Assembly (NCBI RefSeq): GCF_001194135.2
Contig: NC_068998.1
Coordinates: 17,334,746-17,398,745 of the forward strand
Direction of reading: 5' to 3'
Length of the DNA stretch: 64,000 nucleotides
DNA from: Octopus bimaculoides
Lineage: Eukaryota
In this document: one piece after another, positions 48,353 through 63,300 of the stretch
Numbering within the stretch: position 1 is the first letter of the stretch
Layout of the letters: each line of letters starts with the position of its first letter
The notes under the pieces: generated by a model
The model's input: the letters and a program-made list of their open reading frames with translations, nothing else
Database searches by the model: none
What the model was told of the DNA's origin: nothing
Position numbers and translations under genes: made by a program

Positions 48353-51300
48353 GAAATGACTTATATAAGCTAAACATTAAATTTCTTAAAATTGTAACTG
48401 TTTTCAATCTACTGCATTTGTTTGTTCTGTACAATTATTGCTTATACTATTTTTATATATATGTAGAGGTAAATGGTCAGTAGCATTGGTTACATTAATA
48501 GGGTTGCACCTGTTTAAGGGAATGGGATAATTTCTTATTTGTATTTTCAAAGAATTTAATAACCTACATAGAACTTAATTACCACTTGGTTCAAAATTGT
48601 TTCAGGCTTACTGTCAACAAATTAAGATATTATTGAAAGTAGATAAAATGTTCTCTCCTGTATGTGTGTGCGTTTGTTTGGTGATGTTATATAGATTTGC
48701 CTGCTATACAGTTCATATAACTTGTTTTAGAGAAGAGAGAGAATCCATCAATAGTTTCATAAACTATTTCCAACCACTAGAAAGTGTAGTCTTTATGCTA
48801 TTACTAACTCAACCATTGCCGATAATTATGTTGCCTAGCAGAATTTATCTACTGCTTCCAGTAAGCTATCAATGAACTTTTGGTCTTTAAATAGGATTTC
48901 TTATGAACAAGGCCATATTTTATATAGTTGATTGAATCAACACTGGTAAATAGGGGTACTTTTCTATTAACCCAGAAGTGGTAAAAGATGAATGTGATTA
49001 CCTAGTAATATTCATCCTTCTAGTTTGTTTTTTTTTCCTTCAAGCCCAATTTTCCAGATTAAAACTTAGTTTGTGGCTGCTTGCGTGACTGTGTTGTATT
49101 ATTTTGATATGAAAGCTTTCCCAGGTATTCATTCTTGAGTTTTCCAGGGCTAGGATAGTGAAAAAAGAGCTAGAGAACATAGCTATGGGGGCCTTTCTTG
49201 AACTTTAAATGTCTTGGGATACTTCTAATCCACTTTTAGTCACTTCAAGTGAATAGCTAGAGCAGTTTTCATGCAGTTCATATATGCATAGCTTCATTAT
49301 GAATCTTCATTCCGTGAATATATGAATAAAATTTTAGGGGCTAATAAATGTAAGGTAAACGTTTTATATTTTTCAGCCAAGAATTGTTTCCTTATCTTGA
49401 TACAAGCTTAGAACTGTATTATATTTATCTCACTATAACACTATCTATTACCTCTTTTTCTTTATTCAGTTAATATTACCCCATTATTACTGTTAATATT
49501 CCTCTCTTATTTCTGTATATTACATTAGCTTTTCACTCTTACAGTGATTGGCATTCATGCTGCAATGATTAACTGAATAATTTTCAGCATCTTAATAACC
49601 CTAGAAGGTCTCTAGTTTTAATTGAAAATCTGTATCATTAAACAAAGGGAATTTTCATGTTTGTATAGGTGGGAGTTACCTAGGGGTAAATGTAAACGAA
49701 GGAAAATATTGCTAGAAGTGATAGTTGTAAAAATAGCTGGAGGTTTGTTTTTTCTGATGTTTTATGCAGGGTCTTTTGAAGAAGAAAAAAAATTAACTGT
49801 TTCTAATGCAAGCTATTACTACTTTCTCTGCACTCAAATTTTTCTCTTGTGAAAAAGTAGCTTGCAGATCCAGATGAAGCAGACTGATGCTGCATAGTGA
49901 GATGCTGCATTGCACACCCATTCAACTCATAAAAATGAATATAAAACTTACACTTGGAAATTTAAGCAATGAAATTATATTTTTTTAATGTTGGAAATTG
50001 AACCAACAAATATTTCTAGTTAATAGATTACTTTATGCTACCAGCTGTACACCGAATGTTTATAAATGTTTGTCTAAGTATTGTAATGAATATAAGCTGC
50101 AGAAGTTAGCTATCTCATTATATATTATGTTCTCTATATAAGTATAGCGGATTGCAGCATAATCTTCACTAAGATACTTAATTTGAAAAGAAAAAAAAAA
50201 AGAAAAAATATTGCTTCTAAGACATTTGATGAAGAAAATGAATGAAAAAAAAATGTGCCTTGTGGGAATTGAACTTGATTTTGTAATTACATTTGATATT
50301 GGCTCTTCATTAGTTTTTCAGCTATAGAAATTAATAGACCTGACTGAGGTTAGAATTTTTCAGTTGTCTCATTGATTGTTTTTAGAATAGTACAGTTCTT
50401 ATTGTGGACTGATAAGAGTGAAAATGGAATACGAGTTCTGTTTTCATTTGTATGTCTTGTTTTCCTTTCTCTCTATTTAGATATTTTATGTAATACATAC
50501 TTTAAAAAAATTCCTAAGTCATGAATAAATCATCTTTGTGTAGATGTGTTTGAAAAATACTTTAATAATCTAGTACTTCCTTAATAGCCAATTCACTGGC
50601 TTATTAAATTCACCAGACAGTGAAATTTCCTTTTTAAAACAAACTTATGTCACAGGAAATGTTTCTGTTTTTTTCCTATTTGATACTTTTATCCCTTTTT
50701 CCTTGGTAGTCTTGAATAATTTAAAAGGAAGCTATAGTAATTTAGGATATTATTTGGCAAAGAACAATACCAATTATCTGTGAATTGTTTGCTGTATTTC
50801 TTGGTGCTGTTTGCCTTTTACTGAGGTCTGTAGTTATTGTTGCCATGCCCATCAGCAAGTATTTCTAGTGCTTTGACGAAATTCTTTAAATACTTCCTGA
50901 ATGAAAATGAAGCAGAAATTATTGAACTAAAAAGAAAAAAAAAAAGAACCCATTTTTTTTTTCCTTTGGAAAGGAATTTAAGGATTATAATATTAGATTA
51001 TACTCAAAACCATTAAAGCGTAATTTATTTCATATGAATAAGGAAAAAGAACTATATTAAACATTAAGTAGTTATATTAGATAATATTAAAAATATTGCT
51101 ATTTCTACAACTGAGTTGTTGTTTTTTTTTTTCTAATATACTCTTAATCACTACTTTCATTTTGAAGAAATTTTTAGAATATATTTTATATATGAAACAT
51201 ATTTTGAAGATTTTGTTCCAGTTGCTTCTAAATTCTTAATTGATAACTACTGGTTTGTTGAAAAAGAGTCAATTGATTTTGTATTTATCACATTTTTAAA

Positions 51301-51978
51301 TCTTATGCATTCCAAGGGAATTGCAGTGTCTGATTGGTGTAGTTTCACAATATAGATCATGAGAGATCTAAATGCATTCCAATGAGATGAGGAATGATTG
51401 AATGAATGACAAATGGCTGACAGTGTGATGATGCTTGGTAGTAGCTGTGCTGTCAGGGTGGTAGTTGCATGAGCAAGTTAACCGGAAAATATCTGCAACT
51501 ATAGTAGTTATAGAACTGTTTCAAACTATAAACAAATATGTTTATAGTAAAATTTCAGCATGTTGTGTGTACAAGTATTTTAACATGCCTTTTTTTTTTT
51601 GTAAACTGTTCAATATTTTTACTTTTTTTTTATTTGACATACTTCTGAATTTTTCTCATTATTTCAAGAATTTATTTTTTTTTATATTTAGGCAAGATAT
51701 AAATTTGAACTTTTTTTTCTTCTGCAGAAATATTTTAAAAAAATCTTTGGAATCAACTTTTTTTTTGTTGTTTCAGCCATTAGACTACGATCATGTTGGG
51801 GCACTGTCTTTTATCATTTATGCATTTTAAACAATTGTGAATAAAACAATTGTATGTTTGAATATTGAATATTTTTATTTTATCAAATAATTTCTTGGAA
51901 ATTTTTCTTTGAAATTAATTGCTGTTTAGATAGTTTTAAATTAGAGTATAATTACTATAAATATAGTGGGCTAGATTG

Positions 51979-52379
51979 ACTCTTTACTCTTTTACTTGTT
52001 TCAGTCATTTGACTGCGGCCATGCTGGAGCACCGCCTTTAGTCGAGCAAATCGACCCCAGGACTTATTCTTTGGAAACCTAGTACTTATTCTATCAGTCT
52101 CTCTTTGCCGAACGGCTAAGTTACGGGGACGTAACCACACCAGCATCGGTTGTCAAGTGATGATGGGGGGACAAACACAGACACACAAACACACATACTT
52201 ATATACATATATATACAACGGGCTTCTTTCAGTTTCCGTCTACCAAATTCACTCACAAGGCTTTGGTCGGCCTGAGGCTATAGTAGAAGATACTTGCCCA
52301 AGGTGCCACGCAGTGGGACTGAACCCGGAACCATGTGGTTGGTAAGCAAGCTACTTACTACACAGCCACTCCTGCGCCT
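51979..52379 (-). mobile_element. SINE family A, best-preserved copy in the window
   Basis: Full head AGGCGCAGGAGTGGCTGTG...GGTTCAGTCCCACTGCGTGGCACCTTGGGCAAGT with CpGs retained, and full tail. Confidence 0.95.
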
Positions 52380-52501
52380 GGTTATTCTTTCTGCATAAGT
52401 ATAAAGTTTATCCAGCAAAAATTTGAAATTTTTATTTAGTAAATTTAATGTGTTAAAACAAGAAACCATACCAAGTGTTTTATATAAATTAATACTTGTA
52501 A

Positions 52502-52710
52502 TAAGGTGGTGAGTTGATAGAATTGTTAGCATGTAAGGTAAAATGCTTTGTGACGTTTCATCCTGAGTTCAAATTCTGCTGTGATTAACTTTGCTTTTCA
52601 TTCTTTTGAGGTCGATGAAATAAGTACTAGTTGTGAGCACTGGGGTCAATGTAATCAATTATCCCCCATCCCCCAAATTTCAGGCCTTGTGCCTGTAATA
52701 GAAAGGATAA
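52502..52710 (+). mobile_element. SINE family C
   Basis: AAGGTGGTGAG...GAGTTCAAATTCTGC...GAGGTCGATGAAATAAGTAC...GGCCTTGTGCC. Confidence 0.8.
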
Positions 52711-55649
52711 ATTTATACTTGCAATTTTGTTGCTGTTCACTCCAAATGAACTCTGATTGAGCAACCAAGACCATTTCATCACGTCTTCCACCTTTAAGGT
52801 TGTAGAAGAGTTTTAACAAAAGTTTTGAATAACTGAAAAGTTACACATTTAAAATAATTCTTTTAACTTAATATTCTAAACTTTGCAAATTGATCATTGT
52901 TTAACAGCTGTTTACCAGTTACTAGAATACTAAAGCTTTGAAGTTTAGAATTATATAATTCTAAGTCACTTTGATATTAATGGAATACATTAAGAAGTAA
53001 TAGGATATAATCAAACTTAATTTTGTTGCTATACTGTGTGCTAGGCTACACGCTTCAGTTAGATGAACATCCTCCTTATCTAGATAGTAATAAAGATTTA
53101 GGAGTATGAAACAAGAGATTAAAAGAGATGATAAAAGTAGTATTATATGAGAAAGAGTGAGTAAATATTGAAGGAATGAAGCTATAGATTAAAAAAAACA
53201 AGTGTAGATATGTCTGAAGTCCTCGAATTTGTACAACACATGAGAGGAAGGAAAGGCCCTTGATGGTGTAATACTTTTAGCTAAGCCAGAATCTGCTATA
53301 ATTTAAGATAGTATACTTTCAGTTTTACAGCTTTTGTTTTTAGTTGGTGGATCTATTCTTAATATTTTCTATCTTTGAATGTCTTCAAACTTCAACATGC
53401 TGCACTACTGTCAATTCCAGGGTTTGAGGTGACTCAGTCATACTCTTCCATCTGATATAGGTTTTGCAGCAATGAAAGTGGTTGAGTTGAAAACAATATT
53501 TTGAAATTCTATTTTCAGGGATGTTCTTATTTGGCTTGATCAAGTAATGTGCTTGCTAACAAGTGTTTGAGCATATTCTAGGTATTGTCAATAAATAGTT
53601 TAAAATAAGAGCCTGTTTATATACCTCTCAGGATACAGCAGTTTTCAAGGTTAAAGTCTATCAAGTAATATTTTCTGTTATAACTAGAAAGTTTAGTTCC
53701 GTTAATCAAATAAGTCACTGATAGATCTGGTGATGATTCTGAAGACAACTTATGAATTTTGTTGAAATTAAATAGACCACAAACTGTACCCTTATGTTCT
53801 CCCAATTCTAAATTTGTGATCTATAGAATTCTTTGCTTCTGGTTTATCAAACTATGAGGAAGATTTAGATTTGCAACAAATTCTATTGTATTCTAGCTTC
53901 TAATACAGTTTTTGATAGTTCCCCGAAAAGCTTTGTAGAAATCAAAAACAATCTACTACTTTTATTTGGAGTTACTGAGAAAGTAAAATTGACATTTATA
54001 TATGTTTATTATTTAGAAAATTAATTATACAACTAAAACAATATATTTTTAGCTGACTTCTATAATTTATCATCTCATATTTTGTAATGTTTTGAAATTA
54101 TTTTTAGGTTTGAGTGCTAGATTAGATGAGTGGAACAACTTGTTAGGAAGGTGATTAATCAACTTTCTTAAGATGTATAGTTATTGATGTGCTAGTACTT
54201 GAACAGTGAAAGAAATATTGCTAGTTGGCAGTTTCAGATCATTAGACAAGTGTATATACTTACTAGCAAGAATGAAAAATTATGGTTTGACATTTTTCAA
54301 TAGATCTACTTTAAAAGGTGTTACAAATAGCTGCATTTTCATTGGGTGAGAGGAATGGCTGTAAAATATCATTCTAGGAAATGTAGTCCATTTATTATAT
54401 TCTATTTATTCTTGTGAGATATTTTAACTGAATTTTTTTTTTAATATCTAACATTGTTTATCACTTACTGACTGGTTTCTCTGCAAAAGGGCCATCCACT
54501 TTTTCTCCGTGTGCATGCATGCAGATATGTGTATATGTTTCTTTTTAAAATAAAGTTAATATTTTTAAAAATTTTTAATGGAACTAATTCCATAGTTTTA
54601 AATTGAAATGTTCTCAATTTTTATGTAAAACTTATTGCCTGTAAAACTAAAATAATCATAATACACTTTTAGTCTAATACATCAGAGCACATTGATTTTT
54701 AAATCAATGTGAATGTAAATTTCAAGGAATGTTTTGTTTAAATATCAACTTAGCTATTAACTCCAAAAATGGTTACAAGTCCAGAAAATGTCTGGTTTGC
54801 ATTAAAAAGTGACTAGGAAATTTAAATTGGTGTTTTGAGCGGAAGCTAACATTATTTTAGTTTTCAAGCTTACAAACAATATTTGTTAGGTAGTGAATTG
54901 GTTTGATTTTCAAATGATAACTCATGTGTAGTATACTATTTTAATTTAGATACATTTTTGATTTCATAAATATAATATTATGACATTAGCAAACAGTTTT
55001 TGATTACTAATGTTTTGACTATTCATGCAAGCTATATAATTTGGCTCATTCTATAATTTCAGCTTGTAATTAAATTTGTGTGGCCTTAGCATGCTAATGA
55101 AACTATATACAGAAGAATTTTAGTTAAAAATGCAGATCAGTGATTCCACGAAGAAAATTTGTTTGGGATTTATTTCTTAAGTTTCCTAAATCAGCTTTTT
55201 TTTTCCATTAAGAAATTTTTCTAAGAGTAAATAAATTAAAGAATAAGAATAAAATGAATTGTATAAATTTTTATGTTGCCAGTATTTTTAGCAGTTTTTC
55301 GACATTGTATTGAGTTGAATGGAGAAGCTTTTAAAAACCATCTTTTGAAAGCTGTTTTTTTTTTTTTAACCACAAATTAAACAGCAAATTGGTATTTCTT
55401 TCATAAGCAAGCTGAGAAGGTTGTGTACCCACTGAAATACCTACTAATTTAAGTGAAAACTAAAAAAAATAGTTTGCCATAAATAGTCCTTCATGATAAC
55501 AGGAAGATCTGCAGGAAATAAATATTTCCTTTCCTTATGATAACTAATTTACTTACTGAATGTTTGCTTTTGCTCTATTGATTCTTACTGATGCAAACAC
55601 AAACCACTATTAATCTATTTGAATTTTAATAATTATATTATGTGTCTTT

Positions 55650-55852
55650 AAGGCAGTGAGCTGGCAGAATTGTGAGCACGCTGGGTGAAATGCTTAGTAG
55701 CATTTTGTTCACCTTTACATTCTGAGTTCAAATTCTGCCAAGGTTGACTTTGCCTTTCTGGGTCGATAAAATAAGTACCAACTGAGTACTGGGGTCAACA
55801 TAATTGAGTTATCTTCTCCAAAATTGCTGCTTTGTGCCAAAATTTGAAACCA
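55650..55852 (+). mobile_element. SINE family C
   Basis: AAGGCAGTGAGCTGGCAG...GGTTGACTTTGCCTTT...GGGTCGATAAAATAAGTACC...TTTGAAACC. Confidence 0.85.
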
Positions 55853-57169
55853 ATAATTATATTATACTAATTCCTTAAGATTTTAAAAAGAGATGTAACT
55901 TGTAAAGTCTGACTACAAAAATTTCATCTTTTACCTTTGTTAGTTTGCATCAGTTTTATTAGGTTTGTCTCCCTAAGCTGGATTGTAATAATGTTTTTCT
56001 TTCTGTTATGATGAAAAACAAGTTGGACTGAAGTAAACATTTGGAACACTAATATATATGATTAATTTATATATTTATTAATTTTTAAAATATATTCTGC
56101 AAATGCAAAGTTTTTGCCTCCCTCTTCAGGCACTGTCTTTAGCTTTTTGTAACTATTTGACAGGGAAATGGTTTTATTCTATAGTTATTCAAGTGTTACA
56201 GCTTAATTTTTTGTGAGGTGCAACTTTAGGGAGAAAGCATTGATTAACATCTCTTGTATGGGATCTAAGAAGTTAGTAAATAAAGAGGGGCATTAGTAAC
56301 AAACCTGGTTAACATATTAAAAGACAGATACATATGATGGCACATAACTGCAGTGGGTCAGTGGTTAAAATGTTACAATGTGGGCTTACGAAATGTGAAC
56401 CTCTTTTCTCCTTTATACAGTTTTTATAGGTGTCTGCAGGCACAGGCAAGACATGCTTTGTCTTGTGTCTTTGTGTTTGTATACAATTAGCAACGCTTGT
56501 ACTACTGTGATTTTTGACAATATGAAGAAATTTCGTTAATCAATTGATTTGTTAGTGTGTTTGTGTAAACATTTGCCATCTGCACTAAGTAGTGCAGTTG
56601 ATTTTAATCAATTGATGCTGGCATCTCTCAGTCTTCTTCAAGCAATAAGGTTACTTTGATAGTCCCAAGCAGATCTTAACTTTGCTTACACTTTAAGGAT
56701 GACTCAGTGAGGAATAGCAACTCAGAGTATTATCTTTGAAAGAAATAATGATGGAACAATTCTCCATAAATCCTGCATGGGATATGTGACATACTTGTTA
56801 TCATGCAGTGATTTATGTGCAAGACCAAGCAACTTTAATCATCACTATCACCGACAGGCAAGTTCCAATTGGCCAGTCCGACAATGCCTGAGAGAAAAAT
56901 ACCTCAGGTAAAGGATTTTGCACGTGACCATCATCATTTAATGGTCACTTTTTCATTCTTGCATGTATAAGACAGAATTTTTCAAGACAGGTTTTCTACA
57001 GTTTGATGCCATTCCTGTTGTCAACCCTCACCTGTTTTCAAGTAAGGTAAAATTTCCCTGTGGTCAGACATATTTCTCATGGGAGACTGGAAACCAACAA
57101 CATTGCTTGTGTGACAGAGATGCTCATTTACAATTACCGCATGGTATCAAAAGAATTCACATATGCAGA

Positions 57170-57325
57170 TGCAAAAGTCTTCTTTCAGTTTCCATCTACT
57201 GAATCTACTCAGAAAGCTTTGGTGGCTCAGGGCTGTAATAAAAGCACTTACCCAATGTTCCATGCAGTGGGATTGAACCCAAGACCGCATGGTTGGGAAG
57301 TAAGCATCTTAATCGCACAACCACA
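57170..57325 (-). mobile_element. SINE head fragment
   Basis: TTTCAGTTTCCATCTAC...CATGCAGTGGGATTGAACCC...TGGTTGGGAAGTAAGCATCTTAATCGCACAACCAC. Confidence 0.75.
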
Positions 57326-60300
57326 CTAGTGACACTAAATACAAATACTGCAAACATATAGTAAGTCAAAAAACTTTTGTATCAGTTGTGTTTAAGCAAT
57401 TAGTAGACAAAAATTACCTCTAAGGAGTAACACCTATAGACAGTCAGCAGTTAGAGATTGTCCAAAACTCACTCTGTGTGTTGTCAGTTTATCCTATTAT
57501 TATAGTTTAGATGACTCAATAACACTGTTGCTCTTATGAACTCATTTTCAAACTGAATATTCAACAATTATTCTTAATGTCTATTTTAATGATTTTAATG
57601 TTCTCATTAATACTTTCCATTACAAACAACTAACAATTAAAAGTTTGCTGCTGGCTTATTCTAAAGGTTCTTGTTATTTCTCAATTACCATTATCAATTT
57701 TTTTTGTCATGCCATAAATGCTACCTGTGGTCTTTATGCAGTATTCACTTTTCACTTTGTAGCATCTTTAACAAGATTTGTATCACTGCACAGTTTTTAT
57801 TGTTGATGCTATAGTTGTGCTGTGACCTATATTCTTTGAGCTTGGAAACCAATAATTGTTTTCCTTAATGTTATTAACAATAGCACTAGATTGTGTTTGG
57901 AAGGTAACAACTTTTTTCTCTGAGTTCTGAAGCTGAAGTTTCTGTACAAGATCTGCTTCAATTGTGAAAACACAGACGGTTAAGAGGCTAAATTTAACAA
58001 TCAACTGTGAGATCTGAAATTTGTGTCTTAGTTTTGTGATGTATCCAAGATATTTAATTCTCAATGGCAGTCCAACATGTTACAAATGGATGGAACAGAT
58101 CTTTGCTGTAGGTTGTAGCTGCTCTGGTTCAATGCCTCTTACATGAAAATATACCTGTGATAGACCAACATCCTCTTCAGTGAGAAGTCCATCTCTTCTG
58201 ATTTGTGCTGCTGAAACTGAAGATCTCTAGCCTTATGGACCTTTGTTCTTTAGAAGAGATTGGTTGTTTTTCATCAGTTGTTGTTGAGTGAATTTGTTTA
58301 TGCTAAGAGGCAATATAGATGCTCAATTTCTCTTAGAAGGCAATCGATTTTTATCTTTTAAGAGATTTGTTATTTATTTTTCTGGTGTCGCATGTTATTT
58401 TCAACCTTAAAGTTGTGTACACGCTGAGATTTATTTGCCAAATGATAGATTCTGTTAATGATTACGGGTATTCTAAAGCAATATAATGAATCTTTTTGAT
58501 CATTAAATCAATGGATTATTCACTGTCCTTTTCTATATGGTCCAATCTCTAAGTCAGATTGGAATTACTTTTATATTACCATTTGAAGAGTGTTTATAAA
58601 TGTGTTTCCTCATTGTATATCATGCAGTTCTAGATGCTTTGACAGATATTGCTATCAGGTGTAACAGTATCTGTGTTTGGTAATATCAATGTTGGTGGTG
58701 TATGCTTGTCAACAGAAGCTTCTTTTTCAAATTTTCTTTTGAAAATAGTCAGTATAGCTCTCTGAGGGAGACCTGATATCTGGGGGAAAAATATATATAA
58801 TATTGCAGATTTTTGATAAAAATGAACTTAGAGGTTTAAACACTGACAATATATTCTTTTTACTGCTATAAGTATTTATTACCTTGCTTATCAATAAAGT
58901 GAGCAACACTGGAATGCAGAGGCTGTATATTTTCCTTGATCATTTCATATACATGATTGATTGGTTTTTAAGGCCTTTTTAAAAGCATCAATATAAATAC
59001 ATCACAATCAAAATCTCAAGCCATAGAGAAGTTTCCTATTTTCATTTCCCCCTCACTTCCACCATAGTAGCTGGCTATTATTTTGTCATTACTGCCAGCT
59101 ATAGTAATTTTATCAAAACCCCATGTCGTGATTGGCAACATTATTTGCTTTTCTGAATACTACTGTGTTTTTGTGTAAAAGGCATTTATATAGTTACTGA
59201 AGAAAACTAGTTATTGTACCAAGCTGATATGAGTTGCAAAGTAACTGGGGAAAATATTCGCAAAGCTTTTGAATAGCCTTGTGTTTGCACACAGTGTATG
59301 TGTATATGTTAATAGGTGGCATCAGATTTAATTATCAGTTTTATAGCTTTTATCTTACATTTTATTATATTTTAAACTTGTGTAATTTCTATAAGTTTTG
59401 TTTTGAATTAAAAAGCTGCACAGTTATATTCAGTGAACTGAAATGAAAAGGTTGTTAACATTTGTCTCCTAAGAGTAGTGAAGTTGAGCTTTTGAAATTA
59501 TTGGAAACCATTAAGTGGCAAGAATATCTGGAGTTTGTTGAAATTAGGATCTGTGATGATAGGTGTATTAATGCAGGTGAATGGTAGCTTATTCATCTCA
59601 AAGAATTGCAATAAAATAAATATGGAGTTTATGACCTATTGAGGTAGCTTGTCAATGGTCACTTGACTTGTAGAAAAGAGTAGTCCATTCTCCTCCTCCC
59701 TGTCCCACCCTACTATCTTAGTTTTTATTGTAATTGTATTCACATCTTGAATGCATTGTATGTATATATAAATTGAATCAGTATATGACTGGTACATATT
59801 GATCATGGAAAGGTATAACTAAATACTGCGAGGTATTTTTCCTGCTCTGATGAGTCTGCCAAATTCTCTGCCTCTATCTTAAAGAACACATATAATGTCT
59901 AGTAAATGATTATGGGGTTTGAAAATATTGCCATGGCTTTGTTTAGAGGTCTGCTTGATCAAGACTTGCTTTGGGTAAAGTGGAAAAGTAGCTAAAAAAA
60001 AAAAAAAATTACTACTGAAAACAAGTTTTAATTTTCATAATTTAGTTTTTCCTAAATTCAAATATTTCTTTTATGTAGATTGAAATGTCACCATCTTAAA
60101 CATGAATATCAATTTTAAAATATTCAGTTTGAAGAAGAAAAATAGTGTGCATGCAATGCACAATGTAAATTAAAATCCATAGAAGGAAGGTTCAGGGGGT
60201 GGGAAAAATAAAATTTTGTAGCTGTAAAAGAATATGATTAAAATAGCCATTTCTGATGGCAGCATACACTAATTATTCATGACCTGTGATTTGTGAGATT

Positions 60301-63300
60301 GCCACTTTATGAATTATGTTAATTAAAAGTACTTTACAATATTATGCACAAGTTTCTAATTTTCTTTATTATTTGGAATCTTATATTTCAAATGCATGCA
60401 ATATAAATAATAACCAAGGAGTTAAATTATTCTTTTACATAACAAAATGAAAATTCACTTATGTAGTAGCATTTTTAACAAATAGTTTTAAGTTAATCAT
60501 AATTTTTCTGACATGGTTTGATTATTTGAAATGTGTATAGCATACTATAGATAATGGATTAGCATGTTATTTCAAAATAGTTAAAATGAAAATCAATAAT
60601 AATAATAATAGAGAAAAATGAAGGGTTATGTCATGAATGATATCCATACAAAACAAACAAAAAAAAAAAACAAAAAAAAGCAAAAGAATTTCTCAATTGA
60701 AATTCTCTTGGAGGAAGAAAACAAAAGCCTATGGTAATTGTTAGTGGTTCTGAAAGAGGAGTAGAGATTTTAAAAATTTGTTTTTTTTTTGGAATCCTTA
60801 TGCTTAAGGGGAAATCTGATCTTTATTTGCAGGCTAGGAGTCTGTTATATTTGTGTTACAGCTTTATTGGGCCTCATTAGCATAGTGTCTCAAGTCTACA
60901 TCATATCATAGTTTACCCAAGCCAGCTTTGATCAGTTGATGAAAGTTTTTACATACAGAAAAGTTAAGGAAATTTTTTTTTCACCAACAATAGTTTGCAA
61001 AATTAAAGAAACGAAATAAACCAAGGGAAATAACTCAAGTGGGATAGTGGCATGAATTTGGATAAGTGGTAATATTGAATACCAATGCAAAAATTTCTGA
61101 GTTAATTGAAATTTTGCTTTTAAGTGGAGAAAGAAAACAAAAACCTTTTTGTGGATATCATTTAATACGTCATCCCTTAATTTATCTGTTTGTAATGAAA
61201 AATCCTTTTACGGCTTTGTCCTTTCTTGAGAAGCTGAAATAAGATGTAAGGCTCCTTTGAGTGAATGTTTTTTTTCTTCTATACAATTTTTGAATGTTGC
61301 TAGCTTTATTTTTACTAGTAGTGAATCTCAAAAGGAGTTAAGTTTCTGATATTGAAGATGCAATAAGATGATTAGTTTTTATTTCATGTCCACTTTTCCA
61401 TCCTGGCATAGATTAGATGCACCATCACAGACCAACTCTGTTCTTATTCAGAATTGCTTTCTTCTTAGATTATTCAAGGGTCCACATTGCACTCATGTGT
61501 TACATTTTGGCAGGTTTTCTATGGCTAGATGCCTTTCCTATCACTTTAAAGAGTGTGCTGAATGCATTTTATCATGACACTAGTATTAGAGATTTTCATA
61601 TCTTTGGCAAGATGCTGCTCCTTTTTCCAGCATTGTCTCCTTTCATGCACTAGTGTCAGAGCATTGTCTTGGCCCTGGCATATAGAAGATTGAGGTAACC
61701 AGATTTAGAGGGTGATTGATGAAAGGGAACAAAACCATAATGATACAAGCTTGAGGATGATAGAGGAGAGAGAAAAGGAAGTAATAAACCGCTACACTAT
61801 GAATGCTTGTAAGTTTGGATAGAAAACAACAAAAGTGGGAGAGTGACTGAAGGGAGACAGCGATAAAAGGAATTATTGGTGATGAGTGGTGAGTGTCAAC
61901 AATGAGTGTTAAGAAAAGGAGTAATGTGAATAATATAGGTGGGTGCTGATGAGTGTGTGAGAGAGGTATGCTACAGTTATAGGAAAGGGGCTTAATGCTA
62001 GAGAGAGGGGTAATGGCTAGTAATAATGAATGTTATGGTAAGTGGGGATTGAATAAGATCAGATCCACTGCCTAATGCGATGTCATCCCTCATTATACAG
62101 GTAGCATGATGTGAGAAAGTTAGAGTGGCAGTGATGTTGGTTGTGCAATTGTTAAACAGGTGCAGGTTGAACTTTGAATAAATTCTTGAAACAGGTGGGA
62201 GCTTTTTCAAATTAATGAATCTTTTTTCTTGGCAAATGTAAAAATATGGTTAAAAGCTTGAATAAGGAAGTACTGTCAATACCAAGATCTGAAGAAATAG
62301 ATGGTTTTTGCTTTATATATCTATAGTAATAATATAATACTGAAATTGTTTTCCATCCAGTTGATTAATGATATATTAGCTGATGACAACTGAGACAGGA
62401 TAAGTCTATTTTAGCAAATGAAATGTTTAAATGGTAAATAAAAATGATGCTGAATGATTTGTTCTGCATTACATTTGAAGTTGTTGATGTTAAAACTTTT
62501 TTGAGAGAGGAATATGAATACATATAATATCTTACAGTAAATGAAATCAAGTAGATATGTACTTGGCATGTCAGACATAATCTGATGTAAGAAAAAAAAT
62601 AATCATCATTTCCAGTATTGTGTAATGGAGAAAGTGCTGTTGAAAAACATTCATGCAATTACATTAGGAGAACGGAGATTTATTTTTCAAATGTAAGATG
62701 CTAATAATGGTAATTTTTATGTCTTCATTCTGCTTCATATTTATGCTCTTATGTAATTATATTGCCTGTATCAGAACTAGTTCACTATGATAGTGAAATT
62801 TAAGCCATGAAATTAGATAACTTGTTTCTAAAAATAGATTTTATATAATTCATTGGAGGTGGTTAGAAAGATTGAAATCAGGAGAAACTTGGTTGTATAT
62901 GGAATTAGATTTAGTGCAGTTTGCAAAGGAGAAGTTAGGTACTGTCTGAAGAAAATAAAATTGAATTATTCTTCAATGTAGAAAACATAGAATGTCTTGT
63001 AGAAAACATAGAATGATATTGATTAGCATATTGACTTTTTACAGAATTGTCTAGAAGAATTAAATGCATTTTACAGGTGTTCGAAATTTGATTCAAATTG
63101 ATTCTTGTTAATGCACTTTTTGGTAACTAAATCTGAAAATCCTAGAATAAAATATTTAGCTTGTTCAGGTACATTTTCAGACAACAATGCAAAATGGCAT
63201 ACAGTACTACTTATAGATATATCATAGTCATAAAGTTAAAATTAGAAAGCATATTTTGTGAGAAGCCTGTAATCTTTTCTAAAAGCCAGAGTCTTTTTGG

